This document shows positions 40,116 through 48,730 of a DNA stretch of 64,000 bases, piece by piece. The notes under the pieces were generated by a model. It searched no databases, was not told the origin of the DNA, and was given only the letters and a program-made list of their open reading frames with translations. The position numbers were made by a program, and so were the translations under genes. Positions within the stretch are counted from its first letter, which is position 1. Each line of letters opens with the position of its first letter. The DNA comes from a phage: NCBI GenBank assembly GCA_027337125.1, contig GCA_027337125.1_3057.1. One strand, written 5' to 3'.

Positions 40116-40605
40116 CTTGACTAGTGAAATGAAGGTCAAAATTGCTGATACAGCAAGATACTCTTTAAAACAAAATCCTAATCAGGATAAAGCAGAAGTT
40201 ATCGAAAGATGCCGTATTGCGGTGTACGCAGAGTTTTTTGTAGCAGATTGGCTAAGCGGATATGTTAACAAAGGACAAGAGGATGTTAATGACCCGTATA
40301 CATATGCATGGGATGTACTGGCGCATCCAAAATACTGCGGGCTTCGTGTAGAAGTCAAAACACATCAAACTGACTCACGTTGGATTTCGGTAACAACCGG
40401 ATGCAGCGGAGAGTATCCATACGGTTCTGGAATAAATCTAGGGCCCATTCTGAATCACCAAGTCGCTGACTGTATAATTATATTCAACACTAAAGAAATT
40501 CATCCAGGTGTCATCAAGTACACTCCGAAGTTCATCGGTGATAGAGAAGACCTTCGTAAAGTTGTAAGAAAAAGCAACTACAACGGATGGTATCTTTCCA
40601 TTTAA
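40048..40605 (+). CDS. denB: DenB-like endonuclease IV
   Basis: 185 aa, same length as T4 DenB; lies between rIIB and ndd. Confidence 0.7.
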   Translation: MQKTNPGLQRLFQIPTFTLSNNDLTSEMKVKIADTARYSLKQNPNQDKAEVIERCRIAVYAEFFVADWLSGYVNKGQEDVNDPYTYAWDVLAHPKYCGLRVEVKTHQTDSRWISVTTGCSGEYPYGSGINLGPILNHQVADCIIIFNTKEIHPGVIKYTPKFIGDREDLRKVVRKSNYNGWYLSI

Positions 40606-40621
40606 AAATTTTCACAAAACG

Positions 40622-40651
40622 GTTTACAAACCACAAGGACTGTGGTACTAT
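40622..40651 (+). promoter_or_regulatory. early promoter (GTTTACA, TACTAT), cassette copy 3
   Basis: Shares upstream A/T tract, -35, -10 and leader with copies at 12998, 44425, 61720. Confidence 0.55.
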
Positions 40652-40679
40652 ACAACTATCAACTGCGGAGGAGCGGAAA

Positions 40680-40943
40680 ATGAAATTTAAATTTTATTAT
40701 GCTAAACATAAAATAACTGATGAGTTTGTGTCAGTTGAATATTCTAGCGATGATGAAGGTATGATTTATACTCGCTTAGGATTATCGCATTGGGAATCTG
40801 ATCAGCCTTATTTTTCAACTCCTGAAGAAATTACACGCTTAGTTAATGGTCATATGAATGACCACTGGAATGTAATTCTTTCAGATAGTCTTAAAGCGGC
40901 TATTAATAGTAATGAAATGAAAATCGCTGAGATTGAACTATGA
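40680..40943 (+). CDS. hypothetical protein (87 aa)
   Basis: Track ORF 40587-40943; ATG at 40680 lies downstream of the promoter. Confidence 0.5.
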   Translation: MKFKFYYAKHKITDEFVSVEYSSDDEGMIYTRLGLSHWESDQPYFSTPEEITRLVNGHMNDHWNVILSDSLKAAINSNEMKIAEIEL

Positions 40944-41026
40944 GTTCGTTATGGTGGTGTTTTGTTTGGTTAATTAGTATTCCAGTAATTTGTTTAACAT
41001 TTACTTTTGTAATGAGGCTATTATGA
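40940..41026 (+). CDS. tiny hydrophobic ORF (28 aa)
   Basis: Hand-derived; overlapping start/stop coupling. Confidence 0.25.
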   Translation: MSSLWWCFVWLISIPVICLTFTFVMRLL

Positions 41027-41121
41027 AAATTTTGAATTCTGTACTTATTGCTTGTGCGTGGTGGGTTGCGCAAGTTTCGGCAGTTGTGATTGGCATTCAC
41101 ATTTATTACGAATATTTTTAA
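41023..41121 (+). CDS. tiny hydrophobic ORF (32 aa)
   Basis: Hand-derived; overlapping start/stop coupling. Confidence 0.25.
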   Translation: MKILNSVLIACAWWVAQVSAVVIGIHIYYEYF

Positions 41122-41127
41122 AAAGTG

Positions 41128-41157
41128 GTTTACAAGACTGTTCCTCTGTGGTATTAT
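41128..41157 (+). promoter_or_regulatory. early promoter (GTTTACAAG, TATTAT)
   Basis: Consensus, about 18 bp spacing. Confidence 0.5.
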
Positions 41158-41182
41158 TCTATCAACTATGGAGGAACAGAAA

Positions 41183-41296
41183 ATGAAAAAGATTGTTAAA
41201 GCTATATGGAATGTAATTATAATTTTAGTTGTTTTGAGTATATTCCCAATCGTTTTAATGATTGATGTATTAAACGCTTACTTTGGATTTATGTGA
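41183..41296 (+). CDS. small membrane protein (37 aa)
   Basis: Track ORF 41090-41296; ATG at 41183 follows GGAGG RBS; hydrophobic. Confidence 0.3.
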   Translation: MKKIVKAIWNVIIILVVLSIFPIVLMIDVLNAYFGFM

Positions 41297-41303
41297 GGAA
41301 AAC

Positions 41304-41501
41304 ATGAAGCATAAACGCAGTGCTTTTACATTTATAGAATGGTTTTTCGATAATATTTTTCCGGCTTTATTCATTTTCATGCTGATTTTTGCATTAGGTT
41401 CAGTTGTAGTTGGAATCTATTTGATGACGGTAGTCGGAATGGATATTCATCAGAATGGTTTAAAATCCGTGGTTGAAACAATTTGGAATGGTGTAAAATG
41501 A
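41304..41501 (+). CDS. small membrane protein (65 aa)
   Basis: Track ORF 41283-41501; ATG at 41304 follows GAGGAAAA RBS. Confidence 0.35.
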   Translation: MKHKRSAFTFIEWFFDNIFPALFIFMLIFALGSVVVGIYLMTVVGMDIHQNGLKSVVETIWNGVK

Positions 41502-41608
41502 TGAATTTGCTGAGTGGTTGGTTTTATATTCTCATGTTTTACGTTGGTGCAAATTTTCCGTATTGGATGGGATGGTCAACAACTGCATTTGGATTTTATA
41601 CTCCCTGA
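41498..41608 (+). CDS. tiny hydrophobic ORF (36 aa)
   Basis: Hand-derived; ATG overlaps upstream stop. Confidence 0.25.
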   Translation: MMNLLSGWFYILMFYVGANFPYWMGWSTTAFGFYTP

Positions 41609-41616
41609 GGTGAATT

Positions 41617-41832
41617 ATGAAAATTTTTAAAGATGTAAAAGTTGGCGAAATTTTTTGCTTGGATAGTGGTGATCAGTTAATTCGTATTTCACCTCTTAAG
41701 AGCACTAGCGAGAAAATGACAGTTAACGCTACTTTAGCAAACAACAGTAATGAACGTTTCTGTATTGAAAATGATACTGAAACTTATACTGTAGAAGAGT
41801 TCTGGGAATTGAGCGTCGATTGCGACGATTAA
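41617..41832 (+). CDS. hypothetical protein (71 aa)
   Basis: ORF track; RBS GAGGTGAA. Confidence 0.5.
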   Translation: MKIFKDVKVGEIFCLDSGDQLIRISPLKSTSEKMTVNATLANNSNERFCIENDTETYTVEEFWELSVDCDD

Positions 41833-41891
41833 TTTATTGGCCGTGTGTATTCATGCGGCCTTGGAGTAGAAAATAATTAGAGGAAATTAAT

Positions 41892-42344
41892 ATGAAATAC
41901 ATGACTGTTACTGATCTGAATAATGCAGGTGCTACTGTTATTGGTACAATCAAGGGTGGTGAATGGTTTTTGGGAACTCCGCACAAAGATATTTTATCTA
42001 AACCTGGATTTTACTTTTTGGTAAGTGAATTCGATGGTTCATATGGTTCATGCGTATCTGCACGATTTTATGTAGGTAATCAGCGTTCTAAGCAAGGATT
42101 CAGTGCAGTTCTAAGTCATATTCGTCAACGCCGGTCTCAACTTGCACGTACTATTGCAAATAACAATATGGCATACACTGTATTTTATCTGCCTTCTTCT
42201 AAGATGAAACCTCTGACGACAGGATTTGGAAAAGGTCAGTTAGCTTTGGCGTTTACTCGTAATCATCATTCTGAGTATCAAACGCTTGAAGAAATGAACC
42301 GTATGTTGGCTGATAACTTTAAATTTGTTTTACAGGCATATTAA
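41892..42344 (+). CDS. ndd: Ndd, nucleoid disruption protein
   Basis: 150 aa; [33 protein letters not shown]... matches recalled T4 Ndd. Confidence 0.85.
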
Positions 42345-42424
42345 TGAGTAATTTCCACAACGAACACGTGATGCAGTTCTATCGTAATAATCTTAAAACT
42401 AAAGGCGTCTTCGGACGCCAGTGA
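42344..42424 (+). CDS. stp: Stp, 26-residue peptide that activates the host PrrC anticodon nuclease
   Basis: Hand-derived: [26 protein letters not shown] matches recalled T4 Stp; ATG overlaps ndd stop. Confidence 0.8.
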
Positions 42425-42431
42425 GGAAAAT

Positions 42432-42587
42432 ATGAAATTTGTTCACGGTATAGCCTTTTTCTGTTGGTTCTTTTTATGCATCGGAACAGTAATAACTGGA
42501 GAAACTTCAGTATTTTTGCAAGCATCAGCTCAGGGCGTATTAGCGATTTTATCATTATTCGCGTACATTGGTTCTAAAAATAGTTGA
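42432..42587 (+). CDS. Ac-like small membrane protein (51 aa)
   Basis: Hand-derived; hydrophobic; which of this and its paralog is ac is not resolved. Confidence 0.45.
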   Translation: MKFVHGIAFFCWFFLCIGTVITGETSVFLQASAQGVLAILSLFAYIGSKNS

Positions 42588-42597
42588 GGAGAATATT

Positions 42598-42756
42598 ATG
42601 AATATCGCAAAATTATTAGGAGTTATTTCATTTATTTGTTGGATAGTAGCATGTGTTTTAACTATCTGTATTGATGCCAGCAGTGTGTTTTCACAAGCTT
42701 TAGCCCAGGGTATGTGTGCATATTTAACATTTGTGTTGTTATCTACTAATGATTAA
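42598..42756 (+). CDS. Ac-like small membrane protein, paralog (52 aa)
   Basis: Track ORF 42568-42756; ATG at 42598 after GAGGAGAA RBS; shares S-VF-QA-AQG motif with ORF 42432. Confidence 0.45.
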   Translation: MNIAKLLGVISFICWIVACVLTICIDASSVFSQALAQGMCAYLTFVLLSTND

Positions 42757-42889
42757 GAAAATCTTGGGCTATTCACTAGCCCTTGCTACTTTATTGGTAG
42801 CGTTATATTACGGAATAATGTTCGGGTTAATTCAAGTCGTGCTTTTCATTTCTGATGTTATTATGGCACTACATTCACTAGTATGGTAA
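42749..42889 (+). CDS. small membrane protein (46 aa)
   Basis: Hand-derived; overlaps upstream stop; hydrophobic. Confidence 0.3.
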   Translation: MIKKILGYSLALATLLVALYYGIMFGLIQVVLFISDVIMALHSLVW

Positions 42890-42893
42890 ATTT

Positions 42894-44222
42894 ATGCAAC
42901 TGAATAATCGTGATTTAAAAAGTATCATTGATAATGAAGCATTGGCTTATGCTATGTACACGGTTGAAAATCGTGCTATCCCAAATATGATTGACGGATT
43001 TAAGCCAGTCCAACGATTTGTTATTGCTCGAGCTCTTGATTTGGCACGAGGAAATAAAGATAAGTTTCACAAACTTGCTTCTATTGCAGGTGGTGTAGCT
43101 GACCTTGGATATCATCATGGTGAAAACTCTGCACAAGATGCAGGTGCTTTGATGGCTAACACTTGGAATAATAATTTTCCTCTGTTAGATGGTCAAGGAA
43201 ACTTTGGTTCTCGTACCGTCCAAAAAGCAGCAGCAAGTCGTTATATTTTTGCTCGTGTAAGTAAAAATTTCTATAACGTATATAAAGATACTGAATATGC
43301 TCCGGTACATCAAGATAAAGAACACATTCCGCCTGCTTTCTATTTGCCTATTATTCCTACTGTTCTTCTTAATGGCGTTTCCGGTATTGCAACTGGTTAT
43401 GCAACTTACATTCTTCCTCATAGTGTTTCTTCTGTCAAGAAAGCTGTACTGCAAGCTCTTCAAGGAAAGAAAGTAACTAAACCGAAGGTAGAATTCCCAG
43501 AATTTCGTGGTGAAGTCGTTGAAATTGATGGGCAATATGAAATTCGTGGAACATATAAGTTTACTTCACGAACTCAAATGCATATCACTGAGATTCCGTA
43601 TAAGTATGATCGTGAAACTTATGTGAGTAAAATTTTAGACCCGCTTGAAGATAAAGGCTTCATTACGTGGGATGATGCTTGTGGTGAGCACGGCTTTGGC
43701 TTCAAAGTTAAATTCCGTAAAGAATACTCTTTGAGCGATAATGAAGAAGAACGACACGCAAAAATTATGAAAGACTTCGGGTTGATTGAGCGTCGTTCTC
43801 AGAATATTACGGTTATTAATGAGAAAGGAAAACTACAAGTTTACGATAACGTAGTCGATTTAATTAAAGACTTTGTTGAAGTTCGTAAAACTTATGTCCA
43901 AAAACGAATTGATAACAAAATCAAAGAAACTGAATCAGCATTTCGTTTAGCCTTTGCCAAGGCACATTTCATTAAGAAAGTAGTTTCAGGTGAAATCGTT
44001 GTGCAGGGTAAAACTCGCAAAGAACTGACTGAAGAACTTTCTAAAATTGATATGTATTCTTCTTATGTTGATAAACTAGTTGGTATGAATATTTTTCATA
44101 TGACTTCTGATGAAGCAAAGAAACTTGCTGAAGAAGCTAAAGCTAAAAAAGAAGAAAACGAATATTGGAAAACTACTGATGTAGTTACCGAATACACCAA
44201 AGATTTAGAGGAAATCAAATGA
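42894..44222 (+). CDS. 52: gp52, topoisomerase II DNA-cleavage subunit (GyrA-like)
   Basis: 442 aa as in T4; active-site region AASRYIFARVS. Confidence 0.95.
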   Translation: MQLNNRDLKSIIDNEALAYAMYTVENRAIPNMIDGFKPVQRFVIARALDLARGNKDKFHKLASIAGGVADLGYHHGENSAQDAGALMANTWNNNFPLLDGQGNFGSRTVQKAAASRYIFARVSKNFYNVYKDTEYAPVHQDKEHIPPAFYLPIIPTVLLNGVSGIATGYATYILPHSVSSVKKAVLQALQGKKVTKPKVEFPEFRGEVVEIDGQYEIRGTYKFTSRTQMHITEIPYKYDRETYVSKILDPLEDKGFITWDDACGEHGFGFKVKFRKEYSLSDNEEERHAKIMKDFGLIERRSQNITVINEKGKLQVYDNVVDLIKDFVEVRKTYVQKRIDNKIKETESAFRLAFAKAHFIKKVVSGEIVVQGKTRKELTEELSKIDMYSSYVDKLVGMNIFHMTSDEAKKLAEEAKAKKEENEYWKTTDVVTEYTKDLEEIK

Positions 44223-44368
44223 GTCCATTCATTGGTATTACAAGCGCGGCGTTAGTATCCGGTAGCATTTTACTGGCGGGTTTAGGCGTTGTTCCAGCCG
44301 TAGCAGGAGGTCTTCTTGCGTTCGGAATTCAACGTGTTATCATGACAGTTATCACAGTCATGCAGTAA
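44219..44368 (+). CDS. small membrane protein (49 aa)
   Basis: Hand-derived; ATG overlaps gp52 stop; Gly/Ala-rich hydrophobic. Confidence 0.35.
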   Translation: MSPFIGITSAALVSGSILLAGLGVVPAVAGGLLAFGIQRVIMTVITVMQ

Positions 44369-44373
44369 TTTTA

Positions 44374-44400
44374 GGGAGAGCCGAGGCTCTCCCTTTTTTA
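44374..44400 (+). terminator. intrinsic terminator (GGGAGAGCC-ga-GGCUCUCCC plus T-run)
   Basis: 9 bp perfect stem followed by TTTTTT. Confidence 0.75.
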
Positions 44401-44424
44401 TTTTAAAAATTTTTTCACAAAACG

Positions 44425-44454
44425 GTTTACAACCAAAGCATACTGTGGTACTAT
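44425..44454 (+). promoter_or_regulatory. early promoter (GTTTACA, TACTAT), cassette copy 4, for motA
   Basis: Same cassette as 12998, 40622, 61720 including conserved leader CAACTATCAACTACTGATACAG. Confidence 0.6.
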
Positions 44455-44495
44455 ACAACTATCAACTACTGATACAGAATTACGGAGATTAGAAA

Positions 44496-45131
44496 ATGTC
44501 TAAAGTAACTTACATCATCAAAGCTTCTAACGATGTTCTGAATGAAAAAACTGCTGCGATTTTAATTACCATTGCTAAGAAAGATTTCATTACAGCTGCA
44601 GAAGTTCGTGAGGTGCATCCAGATTTAGGTAATGCAGTAGTTAATAGTAATATTGGGGTATTGATTAAAAAAGGCCTGGTGGAGAAATCTGGTGATGGAT
44701 TAATCATTACTGGTGAAGCTCAGGATATTATTTCAAATGCAGCAACTTTATACGCGCAAGAAAACGCTCCTGAACTGCTGAAAAAACGAGCAACTCGTAA
44801 AGCTCGCGAGATTACTTCTGATATGGAAGAAGATAAAGACCTCATGTTAAAACTGCTAGATGAAAATGGATTTGTTCTTAAAAAGGTTGAAACTTACCGC
44901 AGTAACTATCTTGCTATTTTAGAAAAACGCACTCACGGAATTCGCAATTTTGAAATTAACAATAATGGAAACATGCGAATTTTTGGATACAAAATGATGG
45001 AACATCATATTCAGAAATTTACTGACATCGGAATGTCATGTAAAATCGCTAAAAACGGTAATGTGTATCTTGACATTAAACGCTCGGTAGAAAACATTGA
45101 AGCTGTAATCACTGTAGCATCTGAACTGTGA
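44496..45131 (+). CDS. motA: MotA, activator of middle transcription
   Basis: 211 aa; MSKVTYIIKASNDVLNEKTAAILITIAKKDFITAAEV... matches recalled T4 MotA. Confidence 0.95.
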   Translation: MSKVTYIIKASNDVLNEKTAAILITIAKKDFITAAEVREVHPDLGNAVVNSNIGVLIKKGLVEKSGDGLIITGEAQDIISNAATLYAQENAPELLKKRATRKAREITSDMEEDKDLMLKLLDENGFVLKKVETYRSNYLAILEKRTHGIRNFEINNNGNMRIFGYKMMEHHIQKFTDIGMSCKIAKNGNVYLDIKRSVENIEAVITVASEL

Positions 45132-45141
45132 GGAATAAATA

Positions 45142-45471
45142 ATGAACAAGTTAGAAATTGTCAATGAACTTCGTCGTTGTGCAGAACCTACTCAAGAGGG
45201 TTGGGACATCTGGTATCATGGAGCTTATCTTGGAACTATCGTAAAGATTAAGACTGGTAAATACATGATTATTCGTGAAAGTAAAGATGCTCCAGTAGGT
45301 ATTCGTAATAATTTTATGGCAGCGATAAGTTCCTTTACAGATGCAGCTTACGAAATTTATCTTGCTGATTATAAAGAATTCCAGGAATCTCAACCGGTTA
45401 TTCGCTCAATTGGTGTTAACAAAGCTCAACAGAAAACTTTGTGGCAACGTATTAAAGGATGGTTTAAATGA
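45142..45471 (+). CDS. hypothetical protein (109 aa)
   Basis: ORF track only. Confidence 0.5.
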   Translation: MNKLEIVNELRRCAEPTQEGWDIWYHGAYLGTIVKIKTGKYMIIRESKDAPVGIRNNFMAAISSFTDAAYEIYLADYKEFQESQPVIRSIGVNKAQQKTLWQRIKGWFK

Positions 45472-45929
45472 AAACTTTTAAAGAACGTTTAGCTCTGTTA
45501 GATAAAGCTTTGTTACGTGAGACTCCGGAAAGTCTGGCTGCTAAATTAGCTTCTTACAGTGGTGAATATACAGAACAAAATGTTTTAGATGAAGTTCCTG
45601 AAATATGTTGGCAGACTGCGTATTGGGATGAAAACCAAAAGTATCAACGACGAATTGTCTGTGCAGCCAACCGTTTTAAATTAAAAGATGGACGAACTCT
45701 CGTTATTCCAGGTGCTCGTCATTATTCTAAAGATATGGCAGAAGTTTTAGATGTAGTTAAACCTCAATTAGTTACTCAACAAGTTTGTGATGATGACCAA
45801 GGGTTTATTGACCAATACAGTAATTATTGGACACGTGAAGAAGCAATGATTATTGCAACTTACGCTGGACAAGTACGTATTGAACGTGGTGGTAGTGAAA
45901 AAGAACTTTACTCTGAGGACCTTTACTAA
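45468..45929 (+). CDS. hypothetical protein (153 aa)
   Basis: ORF track; start overlaps upstream stop; no confident domain assignment. Confidence 0.5.
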   Translation: MKTFKERLALLDKALLRETPESLAAKLASYSGEYTEQNVLDEVPEICWQTAYWDENQKYQRRIVCAANRFKLKDGRTLVIPGARHYSKDMAEVLDVVKPQLVTQQVCDDDQGFIDQYSNYWTREEAMIIATYAGQVRIERGGSEKELYSEDLY

Positions 45930-46225
45930 TGAATATTAAAAAGTTTCAAATTGATGGAATTATGAATCAAATTCAGGCACTGGAATATGCCAATAAAATG
46001 ATGTCAACTAATTGGGGAATTTATGCCAATGAACCGGCATTTCAGTTCTGTAATATGGAATTCACCAAAAAGCTCGTAGGAAAAGATTATGTATGTCCAT
46101 TTAGTTCTCCAGTAAATGGAATGTTAAAACCTGCTTTACGAGATCTTTATATTGCGATGAACGAAGAAATGATAAAAGAACTAAAACGTCAACTGAAGGT
46201 GATTCAATTTGGCCAGGGAAATTAA
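45929..46225 (+). CDS. hypothetical protein (98 aa)
   Basis: ORF track only. Confidence 0.5.
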   Translation: MNIKKFQIDGIMNQIQALEYANKMMSTNWGIYANEPAFQFCNMEFTKKLVGKDYVCPFSSPVNGMLKPALRDLYIAMNEEMIKELKRQLKVIQFGQGN

Positions 46226-46427
46226 TTCAAAATCCGATTATTTTAATTCTCTCAATGATAAAGATAAAAATCTAATACGGCATTTTATTGTTGAGATGGG
46301 ATATACTGACACACGTGATTTAAGAGAACATATATTTGAATGTGGTGTAGCTAAAAAGTTTTCATTCACATGCAAATGTTTGAGAGAGGTAATTCAGCAC
46401 TATGAACAATTTAGTCGCAAAACATAA
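46209..46427 (+). CDS. hypothetical protein (72 aa)
   Basis: ORF track; overlaps upstream ORF end. Confidence 0.4.
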   Translation: MAREINSKSDYFNSLNDKDKNLIRHFIVEMGYTDTRDLREHIFECGVAKKFSFTCKCLREVIQHYEQFSRKT

Positions 46428-46510
46428 TTTTAATAAAGCTTCTGTCCATAAGGATAAAAAGAAAGCGTTTAAAGAATCTAATCGCAAACAGAAACATAAG
46501 GGGAAGGTCT

Positions 46511-46789
46511 ATGATTATTGATTCTCAGTCTGTGGTTCAATACACAATCAAAATTGATATTCTAGAAAAGCTATACAAGTTACTACCAAATTTATACCAC
46601 TCAATTGTTAATGAATTAGTTGAAGAACTACATCTCGAGAATAATGATTTCTTGGTTGGAACTTATAAAGACCTCTCAAAAGCAGGGTATTTTTACGTAA
46701 TTCCAGCTCCAGGAAAAAGTATTGATGATGTATTAAAAACTATAATGATTTACGTCCATGATTACGAAATTGAAGATTATTTCGAATGA
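46511..46789 (+). CDS. arn: Arn-like anti-restriction protein (inhibitor of McrBC in T4)
   Basis: 92 aa acidic protein immediately upstream of asiA, as T4 arn; assignment by size and synteny. Confidence 0.55.
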   Translation: MIIDSQSVVQYTIKIDILEKLYKLLPNLYHSIVNELVEELHLENNDFLVGTYKDLSKAGYFYVIPAPGKSIDDVLKTIMIYVHDYEIEDYFE

Positions 46790-46938
46790 GTCATAATCTT
46801 GAAAAGGTAATCGAGCATAATGTAGCTCAGGAACGTGAGTCGTTCAAGGAATTCGTAGAAAAAATTTTTGAAGAAAATAACACAGACCAGTTTACAAATC
46901 AAACGTCTGATGATATTATAACAAAGTCAACTAATTGA
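46786..46938 (+). CDS. small acidic ORF (50 aa)
   Basis: Hand-derived; ATG overlaps arn stop. Confidence 0.3.
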   Translation: MSHNLEKVIEHNVAQERESFKEFVEKIFEENNTDQFTNQTSDDIITKSTN

Positions 46939-46950
46939 GTGGTATAGTTA

Positions 46951-47223
46951 ATGAATAAAAACATTGATACAGTTCGTGAAATTATTACTGTTGCGTCTAT
47001 TTTGATTAAATTTTCCAGAGAAGATATTGTTGAAAATCGTGCTAATTTTATTGCATTTCTGAATGAGATTGGAGTAACGCATGAAGGTAGAAAATTAAAT
47101 CAGAATTCATTCCGTAAAATTGTTTCTGAATTAACTCAAGAAGATAAGAAAACCCTCATCGACGAATTCAACGAGGGTTTTGAGGGTGTATATCGATATC
47201 TAGAGATGTATACGAACAAATAA
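46951..47223 (+). CDS. asiA: AsiA, anti-sigma70 factor and MotA co-activator
   Basis: 90 aa; MNKNIDTVREIITVASILIKFSREDIVENRANFIAFLNEIG... matches recalled T4 AsiA. Confidence 0.9.
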   Translation: MNKNIDTVREIITVASILIKFSREDIVENRANFIAFLNEIGVTHEGRKLNQNSFRKIVSELTQEDKKTLIDEFNEGFEGVYRYLEMYTNK

Positions 47224-47880
47224 TTATTTAGCCCTTCCTAATATTCTGGCCGCCTGAGCACATATTGATTCAAGGCGGTCATTACTTATATGATCATTTC
47301 TATACCAGTACATGGTTATTGTTCCAGCATAGATATTATCCAAATTGAAATATGGACAACTGTACATGTAGTTTATTTCGGGAGTAGGCTTTTTAGTTGG
47401 TAAAAAAGCAAATTTTGAGTTGGAATAATAATGACGTCCATTTAAATGAACTGTATATTCATCCATAGTTTTATCAACAGGATATCCTCCAAGTGATTTT
47501 TCACTTATTGTTGAAGGTAATTTTCCTTCATATGCTATAATATCGACAAAATAGTTTAAGTTTTTAGGGCGGAAAGAATACACCGCACTAAAGTCTGCCT
47601 CAGATGATATGTGAACTATCTGGAGTTGTTCCAGGGCGACAGATTCAAAGCGTGCATTTCTTTCCTTTTCAATAATTTCACTGTATGTTTCATACTTTGA
47701 TTGCTTATAGTACTCAAAGAAACTATCTCCCCTATACCAAACAATCGCCATCATAAATAAAAGAATTACGACAGCTACCCGGGAAGCAAGAACTTTCCCG
47801 GTAGCATTATCTTTGAACAAGCGATCTAGAACACCAAACAGAATACCAGAGGGCGAAAGTGATATTCTAGGTGCTGCCAT
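47224..47880 (-). CDS. t: T holin
   Basis: 218 aa; MAAPRISLSPSGILFGVLDRLFKDNATGKVLASRVAVV... matches recalled T4 holin; one N-terminal TM segment. Confidence 0.95.
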   Translation of the reverse strand: MAAPRISLSPSGILFGVLDRLFKDNATGKVLASRVAVVILLFMMAIVWYRGDSFFEYYKQSKYETYSEIIEKERNARFESVALEQLQIVHISSEADFSAVYSFRPKNLNYFVDIIAYEGKLPSTISEKSLGGYPVDKTMDEYTVHLNGRHYYSNSKFAFLPTKKPTPEINYMYSCPYFNLDNIYAGTITMYWYRNDHISNDRLESICAQAARILGRAK

Positions 47881-47899
47881 ATTACCTCCAATTTATCAA

Positions 47900-47907
47900 T
47901 ATTTATA
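47900..47907 (-). promoter_or_regulatory. late promoter TATAAATA upstream of t
   Basis: Exact late consensus on the - strand about 20 bp upstream of the t start. Confidence 0.65.
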
Positions 47908-47925
47908 ACTGAGAGGTATTATCGT

Positions 47926-48711
47926 TTAAATCCAGGAGCCGTAGATCGTGCCTGTAGCACCCCATGACGGTGAACTTCCGAATACTGCTCTGCCAGGAGC
48001 ACCACCGCCAGATCTAGATAAGTGATTACCCCATCCATCTCCGCCCCGACCTCCAGCATCACCGCCATTGCCTCCGCCGAATTGGGAAGTGTAGCCGGCA
48101 CCGCCCGGCGCGTCATAACTAGCATTACCACCCGGCCAATTAACGCCGCCTCCGCCGATGCCAAATGGTCTACCGCCACCGCCACCTGCTGTAGCATTTG
48201 GCGCCCAGCTATTCTTTAATGACACTGCACCACCACCGCCACCGCCTGATGCAATAACGCCATAGTTCCAAATACGAAGTCTTCCGCCGATATCATTTTG
48301 GATTACATCGCCGCCATTTGTGCCTGGGTTTCCATTTACGCTACCGTTACCACCTCGTCCCCACATATGAACTCCACCATGAATATTCAAAGTAACATAT
48401 TCATTTGGTGTATCTCCGTACATGAAGAATAAAGGAACGTCTCTAGAATATGATACCAAATTTCCAGTGATATTAAACACTATAGGTGCACTACCTGCCT
48501 CAAAACATCTATCTCGGAACCATTGACCATTGAAGTTATGGTCTGCTCCAAGTGTGTGAATTACTTCAACAGATCGACCTATCATATTACTCATCCAAAA
48601 TGGAGTACCCATTCTTAATCGTTGGGCCGCGCCGCCCATCCAATTTTGTCCTGTATTAACTACTGCAGACGATCCTACCCACGGTCCTGTTACTGCCATA
48701 TAAACCTCCAA
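47926..48711 (-). CDS. 38: gp38, long-tail-fiber tip adhesin (T2/T6 type, glycine-rich motifs)
   Basis: 261 aa; conserved N-terminal region then poly-Gly blocks (GGGGGG, GGGGG, GGGG) separated by variable segments. Confidence 0.85.
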   Translation of the reverse strand: MEVYMAVTGPWVGSSAVVNTGQNWMGGAAQRLRMGTPFWMSNMIGRSVEVIHTLGADHNFNGQWFRDRCFEAGSAPIVFNITGNLVSYSRDVPLFFMYGDTPNEYVTLNIHGGVHMWGRGGNGSVNGNPGTNGGDVIQNDIGGRLRIWNYGVIASGGGGGGAVSLKNSWAPNATAGGGGGRPFGIGGGGVNWPGGNASYDAPGGAGYTSQFGGGNGGDAGGRGGDGWGNHLSRSGGGAPGRAVFGSSPSWGATGTIYGSWI

Positions 48712-48724
48712 GGGGCCGAAGCCC
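48711..48724 (-). other. UUCG hairpin (GGGGC-uucg-GCCCC) in the gp37-gp38 junction, followed by the GGAGG RBS of gene 38
   Basis: Perfect inverted repeat between gp37 stop and gp38 start. Confidence 0.45.
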
Positions 48725-48730
48725 CTCTTA

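Noticed and set aside
47919-48219. ORFs 47919-48197 (-) and 48022-48219 (+) overlapping gp38
   Set aside because: Alternative frames through the GC-rich glycine-codon region of gp38; the gp38 frame has the conserved adhesin N-terminus and RBS.
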